Below are positions 55,501 to 64,000 of a DNA stretch of 64,000 bases, one piece after another. Every line of letters starts with the position of its first letter. The stretch's first letter is position 1. The notes under the pieces are model-generated. The model was given only the letters and a program-made list of their open reading frames with translations. It was not told the origin of the DNA and did not search any database. Origin of the DNA: Paragordius varius (taxonomy: Eukaryota; Animalia; Nematomorpha); the NCBI GenBank assembly GCA_964247055.1, contig OZ176051.1, positions 992,001 to 1,056,000 on the forward strand. The letters run 5' to 3'. The position numbers and the translations under genes were made by a program.

Positions 55501-57289
55501 CCGATTTTTACGACGATACTTTAAAAATTAATGTATAAAACTAGTCGCATCCATACTCAAGTTAAACTTTGTCCTTAAAAATCGGATATTGATCACCGGT
55601 GAACAAAATTATTTTTTATACATTCTCTTAGTAGGATTACATTAAAATATAGAGATAATTTGACAAACTCCTAGATAGCTGATTTTTACAGCGATACTTT
55701 AAATTAATGTATAATTTAGCATACGACAAAACGCAAGTTAAACTTTGTCCTTAAAAATCGGATATTGGTCGCCCGTAAAAAAATTATTTTATTTACATTC
55801 TCCTAGTAGGACTACAATATATAATAGTTTGGCAAACTCTTTCATATCCGATTACAACTATACTTATAAATTAATGTATAAAACTAGTCGCATCAAAACT
55901 CAAGTTAAACTTTGTCCTTAAAAATCGAATATTGGTCACCGGAGAACCTAATTATTTTTTATACATTCTCTTAGTAAGACTACATCAAAATATAGAAATA
56001 GTTTGACAAACTCTTTCATATCCGATTTTTACAACGATACTTTAAAAATTAATGTATAAAACTAGTCGCATCAAAACTCAAGTTAAACTTTGTCCTTAAA
56101 AATCGAATATTGGTCACCGGTGAACCTAATTATTTTTTATACATTCGCTTAGTAAGACTACATCAAAATATAGAGATAGTTTCACAAACTCTTTCATATC
56201 CGATTTTTACAACGATACTTTAAAAATTAATGTATAAAACCAGTCGCATCAATACTCAAGTTAAACTTTGTCCTTAAAAATCGGATATTGATCACCGTGA
56301 ACAAAATTATTTTTTATACATCTTAGTAGGACTACATCAAAATATAGAGATAGTTTGACAAACTCTTTCATATCCGATTTTTACAACAATACTTTAAAAA
56401 TTGATGTATAAAACTAGTCGCATCAATACTCAAGTTAAACTTTGTCCTTAAAAATCGGATATTGGTCGCCGGTAAAAAAATTATTTTATATACATTCTCT
56501 TAGTAGGACCACATCAAAATATAGAGATAGTTTGACAAACTCTTTCATATCCGATTTTTACAACGATACTTTAAAAATTAATGTATTTAGAATACGACAA
56601 TAAGCAAGTTAAACTTTGTCCTTAAAAATCGGATATTGGTCGCCGGTAAAAAAATTATTTTATATACATTCTCTTAGTAGGACTACATCAAAATATAGAG
56701 ATAGTTTGACAAACTCTTTCATATCCGATTTTTACAACGATACTTTAAAAATTAATGTATTTAGAATACGACAATAAGCAAGTTAAACTTTGTCCTTAAA
56801 AATCGGATATTGGTCGCCGGTAAAGAAAATTATTTTTTATACATTCTGTTAGTAGGACTACATCAAAATATAGAGATAGTTTGACAAACTCTTTCATATC
56901 CGATTTTTACAACGATACTTTAAAAATTAATGTATAAAACTAGTCGCATCAATACTCAAGTTAAACTTTGTCCTTAAAAATCGGACATTGATCACGGTTA
57001 AGAAAATTATTTTTTATACATTCTTTTAGTAAGACTACATCAAAATATAGAGATAGTTTGACAAACTCTTTAATATCTGATTTTTACAGCGATACTTTAA
57101 ACATTAATGTATAATATAGTCGCATCAATACTCAAGTTAAACTTTGTCCTTAAAAATTGGATATTGATCACCGGTTAACAAAATTATTTTTTATATATTC
57201 TCTAAGTAAGACTACATGATAATATAGAGATAGCTTGGCAAACTCTTTCATATCTGATTTTTACATCTATACTTTTAAAATTAATGTAT
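43561..57289 (+). repeat. Satellite variant domain III (more diverged edge layer)
   Basis: Private variants ATTGATCACC, GAGTACATCGTAATAGGGAG, CTCCTAGATAGCTG and TTTAGAATACGAC, with more small deletions. The last monomer is the most degenerate. Confidence 0.75.
44570..55930 (+). repeat. Recent tandem duplication with 6341-bp period, containing a 1061-bp 6-mer repeat
   Basis: Markers recur at exactly +6341 (44701/51042, 45762/52103, 47821/54162, 49441/55782). The internal offset of +1061 is seen at 44701/45762. Confidence 0.92.
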
Positions 57290-57499
57290 CTAAAAAATAA
57301 AAAAAATTGTAACATAATCTTTTCGTCCTTGTCGTAATCAGATCTTCTAAATTTCTGTTTTATAAGGCCTCTCCTTGATTACTATAAACCCTTATTCAAT
57401 TGTGGGCTAATGTAACGATCTCCATATTTTGCTGTTATAAATAATTAGTCCCAAAGAATCTATCCAACATTGAATATATTTAATTTTTTTATTTTTTAG

Positions 57500-58720
57500 A
57501 TGATTTGCGTATTATTCCCAGGAAGAATTACAAAGAGCCGGCCATCGAGTTATTATTTTCATACAAATATTAATATTATTTACTATTATATAACAAAATT
57601 TTTAAATGTCAAACATTAATTTTGAATTATATTTATATTCCCTTAAAAATAACATTAGTCTTTCTATTATCTGCCTATCTTATTTGATAATAACACCTGA
57701 TATAGTAAAAAGGCACAAATGGAACTAGATTTCAAAATATATATGGATTTATTTAGCCTATTATAATTTTTAATTTGATGACGAATTTATTTATGTTTAT
57801 TGTGTCCATCACTAATAATTATAGAAAAATTGGTAAATGATAGAAAATTATTTATGTTTAATAAAAATAATATAATATTAGATTTGTAAATTAATGTATT
57901 TTTAATTTGTTAATTATTGCACATTGCAAATTAGGTGCGACGTAACATTTGGATGAAAACATTCAATTTCTTTTAAAAAAATTATCACTTCTATATAAAC
58001 AAACTAAAAATTTAGCCAACAAGACATCAAAGATTCATGAATATAAGAGTTTTAACACAAAACCCGTCAAATGCTATTCACCTCTTGAATAAACGAAATA
58101 AAGAATAACATCATATGTTGGTTTGCTTTAGACATGATATCAAGAAGCGGGCTTAACACTTCGATTCAAATTGGGAAATCTAAATACCCAGACTAAATTT
58201 GATGTAGGTGTAAATTATTGAAGGAAACGGTCCCAAATTTAATTTATGTCTATCCTTATATAAATTAAATATATATGGCAAAATATCTAACTAAAATTTT
58301 TATTTGAAAAAAAAGTTCCGCGTTAAACTACTTCGACGCCATTTTTATTTTACAAAATTTTTGCAAAATATCGTCTTTATTTAATTTTAAGGGTAAAATT
58401 GAAACGAATTTTTATTTAAATTACTTCTAGCATTGATTGAAATGGAAAAAGCAGTTTATTTTGTCTTATTTTTCAATTTTACCATTGCAAGCATGTCTTG
58501 CCGAAATTTTTATTTCTCGGTTTTAGCTCAAAAAGTATTATCACGTATTTTTGAATAAAATTTTTTATATATTTTAGTTTATTAATCTTATATAAGTGCA
58601 CATGGTTTCGATTCCTTCCATATTTTAAATAGGCCTGGGGTATTTAAGACCCCAATTTGAATCGAAGGACAAAAATGAATGTGTTGCATCGTGTTAAAAA
58701 GATTGAAAGATTAGTAAATT
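57500..58720 (+). pseudogene. Inverted paralog of the exon-like blocks, interrupted by a longer intervening segment and the MITE
   Basis: 57500-57620 and 58030-58152 (resuming at 58698) align at roughly 80% by eye to the reverse complement of 60452-60573 and 60237-60386. The sequence between the blocks is non-homologous. Confidence 0.3.
58157..58693. mobile_element. TTAA-flanked MITE-like insertion (piggyBac-like), unit 1
   Basis: TTAA-CAC at the left end and GTG-TTAA at the right end. A 17-bp perfect inverted repeat (CTTCGATTCAAATTGGG, 58159-75 / 58651-67) extends imperfectly to about 35 bp. Homology to the inverted paralog stops at the left TTAA and resumes after the right TTAA. Confidence 0.65.
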
Positions 58721-60029
58721 ATTGCCATATGAAGATTCTCGTATTTTAAATTTCAATTTACCATCCATATAATAAACATTCATTAACAATATAATTGGAA
58801 GCAAATAAAATATAAAAAAATACGTGTTATTCCCTCACATCGTATTGTTGGACCCATGGGGCGATCTTTTTCTAAAATAAAAAAATGTACCACATTGCAC
58901 AAATAAAAGATTGATTTTTAATAAAATATATATATCATCATGTATGTCTTTTTGTATTAGGCAATAAAGTGACCACTTTTATGGTATTAACCTCATACGA
59001 AAATATAATTTATGAATAATTTACATTTTTAGGGGAAAATAAATTTTCCAAAATATATCATTTATGTCATAAACTATAACAAGAATTTTTTGATAAAAAT
59101 TAAATGTTTAGATTGGTCTCCCACAATAACCGAGACTGCGCTAAGAAATATTATTATATGTTAAATTGTATAAAAAAGATTATTTCTAAATAAAACTTTG
59201 CCCACAATTTGTATCATATGAGATTTATTATTGTAGTGATTATAAGGTAGTTAGACGTTTTTTAATAAATTCAAAATTTATTAATACAGAAGGTGGATTC
59301 ATTATTAAATGAATTTTAATGTGCGAAAAGTCTAGGAAATTACTGAATGCATGTTCTTATATTAAAATGAAAATGTAACAAAACCTATATAATTCAATTT
59401 TTTCCCAGGATTTTTACACAATGTCTTTTCGATGATACTCTCAACGAATTTTGCGAATTCATCCGTGAACCTCGCTCTATATTTTGATTTTATTATACCA
59501 ATAAATCAAAAATTGACATCTATAATAGTGAAACATGGTTGTCAATTTAAGCAAGTTTATGTGCAAACATATGAATATATAAAATATCTGGTGAAATGAA
59601 TTAGATTTTGCTAAATGCTGTTAAACTTCATTTTTTGAAATACTATACTTTGGTAAGCCATATAAAAACACACGGCCGGCCAATTTTAGTATGTGAACCC
59701 TTGTTTGCCGACTCCTGATGTAAACTATTATATTGAGCCATCAACAAAAATAAGATTTAATTATCCTCCATGTTGTAAATATATACAGGTGTGTTGGTTC
59801 ATAAAAAGCGAAATGTTAATTGCTTTGAAAATATGATATTGGCGGACGCTGCAATAACATATAAACCCTGTAATTTCAAACAGGTCAATGTCACTAAATG
59901 AATGAGAACACAATAGACCCAAAAAATTAAAGCCTATAATAACAGGAACAAAAGGAGGCTATAAAAATGTTAAAAGCAAACATTATCCCTATTCTAAACA
60001 TAAACTTATATCCCTAGTTTACAACTTAC

Positions 60030-60573
60030 ATTGTTGCATATTTCACTCAGCTATTTATCGAATTTCACTTCATTTCATATCATACAATAACTTTAATACG
60101 ATTAAATAATCATCTATTATTGATCTTTTAACAAAAGAAATTTTTTGATATTCTTGGTCATATCTTAGGCCACGTCGAGATAAATTCGCCAACTTATATA
60201 CAATGATCTTAACTACTTCGGGCACACTGTTATATGATCTACTAATTTTTCAATATTTTTACCTCGCTTCTTGTTAGTTATTATGTCTAAAGCAAACCAT
60301 TATGATCTTATTCTTTATCTTGTTAATTAAGAGATGAATAGTATTTGACCGGTTTATTCTTAAAACTCTTATATTCATGAACCTTTAGGGCAGTGATGAT
60401 CTATATACCATTTATATCTGTTTTTAATCATATATTCATGTTTTAACTCACCATTAATGTTTGGCTTTTATAAATTATGATATATTTTAAATAAAATTAA
60501 TATTTGTATAAGAATAATAACTCGTTAATGGCGGGCTCCTTGTAATTTTTCGAGGAAATAATACGCAAATTAC
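60030..60573 (-). pseudogene. Exon-like blocks of an unidentified decayed gene (unit 1)
   Basis: On the minus strand: a polypyrimidine acceptor TTCTTTAG, a 122-bp block (60573-60452), donor GTGAGT, a second block, then donor GTAAGT at 60029. Indels versus unit 2 within the second block are 3, 3, 6 and 9 bp. Stops occur in every frame and the product is unknown. Confidence 0.35.
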
Positions 60574-61439
60574 CTAAAGAATAAAAAAAATTGTAACATA
60601 ATCTTTTCGTCCTTGTCGTGGATTTATCAGATCTTCGAAATTTCTGTTTTATAAGGCCTCTCCTTGATTACTAGAAACCCTTATTCAATTGTAGACTAAT
60701 GCAACGATCTCCATATTTTGCTGTTATAAATAATTAGTCCCAAAGAATCTATCCAACATTGAATATATTTAATTTTTTTATTTTTTAGATGATTTGCGTA
60801 TTATTCCCAGGAAGAATTACAAGGAGCCGGCCATCGAGTTATTATTCTTATACAAATATTAATATTATTTACTATTTTATGACTTAATTTTTAAATGCCA
60901 AACATTAATGAAATTTAATTTATATTCTATTAAAAATAACATTAATCTTTTTATTATCTTCCTATCTTGTTTGATAATTACACCTGATATAGTAAAAAAC
61001 ACAAATAGAAAATAGATTTCAATATATATTTATGGATTTATTTGGCCCATCATAATTTTCTAAATTAGTGACGAATTTAGATTATGTTTACTCTGTCCAT
61101 CACTAATAATTATAGAAAAATTGGTAGATAGAAAATTATTTATGTTTAATAAAAATAATATAATATTTATTTGTAAATTAATGTATTTATAATTTGTTAA
61201 TTATTGCACATTGCAAATTAGGTGCGACGTAACACTTGGATGAAAACATTCATTTTCTTTTAAAAAAATTATCACTTCTATATAAACAAACAATTTAGCC
61301 AACAAGACATCAAAGGTTCATGAATATAAAAGTTTTAACACTAAACCCGTCAAATGCTATTCACCTCTTGAATAAACGAAATAAAGAATAACATCATATG
61401 TTGGTTTGCTTTAGACATGATATCAAGAAGCGGGCTTAA

Positions 61440-61971
61440 CACTTTGATTCAAATTGGGTAATCCAAATACCCAGACTAAATTTATGTAGGTGTAAATTAT
61501 TGAAGGAAACGGTCCCAAATTAAATTTATGTCTATCCTTATATAAATTAAATATATATGGCCAAATATCTAACTAAAATTTTTATTTGAAAAAAAAGTTC
61601 CGCGTTAAACTACTTCGACGCCATTTTTATTTTACAAAATTTTTGCAAAATATCGTCTTTATTTTAAGGGTAAAATTGAAGCGAATTTTTATTTAAATTA
61701 CTTCTAGCATTGATTGAAATGGAAAAAGCAGTTTATTTTGTCTAATTTTTCAATTTTCCATTGCAAGCATGTCTTGACGAAATTTTTATTTCTCGGTTTT
61801 AGCTCAAAATAAGTAATATCACGTATTTTTGAATAAAATTTTTTATATATTTTAGTTTATTAATCTTATATAAGTGCACATGGTTTCGATTCCTTCCATA
61901 TTTTAAATAGGCCTGGGGTATTTAAGACCCCAATTTGAATCGAAGGACAAAAATGAATGTGTTGCATCGTG
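61440..61971. mobile_element. TTAA-flanked MITE-like insertion, unit 2 copy
   Basis: Equivalent position in unit 2, with TTAA at 61436-39 and 61972-75. Confidence 0.62.
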
Positions 61972-63330
61972 TTAAAAAGATTGAAAGATTAGTGAATTAT
62001 TGCCATATGAAGATTCTCGTATTTTAAATTTCAATTTACCATCCATATAATAAACATTCATTAACAATATAATTGGAAGCAAATAAAATATAAAAAATAC
62101 GTGTTATTCCCTCACATCGTATTGTTGGACCCATGGGGCGATCTTTTTCTAAAATAAAAAAAATGTATATAATATTATTGATACCCCATTGCACAAATAA
62201 AAGATTGATTTTTAATAAAATATATATATCATCATGTATGTCCTTTTGTATTAGGCAATAAAGTGACCACTTTTATGGTATTAACCTTATACGAAAATAT
62301 AATTTATGAATAATTTACATTTTTAGGGGAAAATAAATTTTCCAAAATATATCATTTATGTCATAAACTATAACAAGAATTTTTTGATAAAAATTAAATG
62401 TTTAGATTGGTCTCCCACAATAACCGAGACTGCGCTAAGAAATATTATTATATGTAAAATTGTATAAAAAAGATTATTTCTAAATAAAACTTTGCCCACA
62501 ATTTGTATCATATGAGATTTATTATTGTAGTGATTATAAGGTAGTTAGACGTTTTTTAATAAATTCAAAATTTATTAATACAGAAGGTGGATTCATTATT
62601 AAATGAATTTTAATGTGCGGAAAGTCTAGGAAATTACTGAATGCATGTTCTTATATTAAAATGAAAATGTAACATAACCTATATAATTCAATTATTTCCC
62701 AGGATTTTTACACAATGTCTTTTCGATGATACTCTCAACGAATTTTGCGAATTTTTATCCGTGAACCTCGCTCTATATTTTGATTTTATTATACCAATAA
62801 ATCAAAAATTGACATCTATAATAGTGAAACATGGTTGTCAATTTAAGCAAGTTTATGTGCAAACATATGAATATATAAAATATCTGGTGAAATGAATTAG
62901 ATTTTGCTAAATGCTGTTAAACTTCATTTTTTGAAATACTATACTTTGGTAAGCCATATAAAAACACACGGCCGGCCAATTTTAGTATGTGAACCCTTGT
63001 TTGCCGACTCCTGATGTAAACTATTATATTGAGCCATCAACAAAAATAAGATTTAATTTTTATCCTCCATGTATTGTTAATATATACAGGTGTGTTGGTT
63101 CATAAAAAGCGAAATGTTAATTGCTTTGAAAAAATTATATTGGTGGACGCTGCAATAACATAAAAACCCTGTAATTTCAAACAGGTCAATGTCACTAAAT
63201 GAATGAGAACACAATAGACCCAAAAAATTAAAGCCTATAATAACAGGAACAAAAGGAGGCTATAAAAATGTTAAAAGCAAACATTATCCCTATTCTCAAC
63301 ATAAACTTATATCCCTAGTTTACAACTTAC

Positions 63331-63857
63331 ATTGTTGCATATTTCACTCAGCTATTTATCGAATTTCACTTCATTTCATTCCATACAATACGATTAAATA
63401 ATCATCTATTATTGATCTTTTAACAAAAGTAATTTTTTGATATTCTTGGTCATATCTTAGGCCATAAATTTCCGCCAACTTATATACAATTTTGATCTTA
63501 ACTACTTCGGGCGCACTGTTATATGATCTACTAATTTTTCAATATTTTTACCTCGCTTCTTGTTAGTTATTATGTCTAAAGGAAACCATTATGAGCTTAT
63601 TCTTTATGTTAATTAAGAGATGAATAGTATTTGACCGGTTTATTCTTAAAACTCTTATATTCATGAACCTTTAGGGCAGTGATGATCTATACCATTTATA
63701 TCTGTTTTTAATCATATATTCATGTTTTAACTCACCATTAATGTTTGGCTTTTATAAATTATGTTATATTTTAAATAAAATTAATATTTGTATAAGAATA
63801 ATAACTCGTTAATGGCGGGCTCCTTGTAATTTTTCGAGGAAATAATACGCAAATTAC
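63331..63857 (-). pseudogene. Exon-like blocks, unit 2 copy
   Basis: Same splice-like signals at the equivalent positions. Confidence 0.33.
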
Positions 63858-64000
63858 CTAAAGAATAAAAAAAATTGTAACATAATCTTTTCGTCCTTGT
63901 CGTGGATTTATCAGATCTTCGAAATTTCTGTTTTATAAGGCCTCTCCTTGATTACTATGAACCCTTATTCAATTGTAGACTAATGCAACGATCTCCATAT

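Larger units (their letters stand above)
28456..57289 (+). repeat. 178-bp satellite DNA array, right block, ending at the array edge
   Basis: Same monomer, orientation and phase resume right after the insertion (TTTGTC...AAAAATCGGATAT). The last recognisable motif, TTAATGTAT, ends at 57289. Confidence 0.99.
57290..64000. repeat. 3284-bp tandem macro-repeat: units 57290-60573, 60574-63857, 63858->64000
   Basis: Anchor TTGTAACATAATCTTTTCGTCC at 57307, 60591 and 63875. The units are colinear over their full length, with scattered substitutions and indels. Confidence 0.96.

Noticed and set aside
1-57289. CRISPR array or prokaryotic repeat locus
   Set aside because: No constant repeat with unique spacers, no cas genes and no gene-dense sequence.
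1-57289. Identity with Arabidopsis CEN178 or primate alpha satellite
   Set aside because: Only the length is similar. I recognise no shared sequence with either consensus and no CENP-B box.
59786-59870. 85-bp TA-CAGG...CCTG-TA segment resembling a tiny Tc1/mariner relic
   Set aside because: The terminal match is only 4 bp and there is no empty site to test it.
60050-60390. Plus-strand hydrophobic reading (WSYLRPRRDKFANLYTMILTT...) suggestive of a chemoreceptor, and a minus-strand CPK*LRSLYI LRR-like motif
   Set aside because: Both contain stops shared by the two units, and T-rich DNA yields hydrophobic peptides by default. This is insufficient to name a product.
57290-64000. Macro-repeat as a histone, 5S or rDNA cluster unit
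   Set aside because: No histone ORFs or recognisable rRNA/snRNA sequence, and the unit is too AT-rich.

Overview
Eukaryotic, very AT-rich heterochromatin, probably from an insect (inference). I found no intact protein-coding gene, rRNA, tRNA or CRISPR array. Bases 1-57289 are a head-to-tail satellite array with a 178-bp monomer (about 310-320 copies, estimated from length), all in one orientation. The array has three sequence-variant domains and nested higher-order repeats (about 1.06, 1.24, 2.11, 6.34 and 10-12 kb). It is interrupted once, at 26669-28455, by a 1787-bp near-perfect palindromic (foldback) insertion with ~0.8-kb inverted arms, a 161-bp spacer, a TTT target duplication and 8-bp-period subterminal arrays. 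A broken Myb/SANT-like gene runs from inside one arm across the spacer, which suggests a PIF/Harbinger-type element rebuilt with two copies of the same end. At 57290 the satellite stops abruptly and a 3284-bp tandem macro-repeat begins (2 full units plus a partial third). Each unit carries an older inverted pair of exon-like blocks and a TTAA-flanked MITE-like insertion. All ORFs in the supplied track are repeat by-products, except 27404-27655, which is the 3' part of the Myb/SANT remnant. Coordinates were counted by eye, so internal higher-order-repeat boundaries are approximate.
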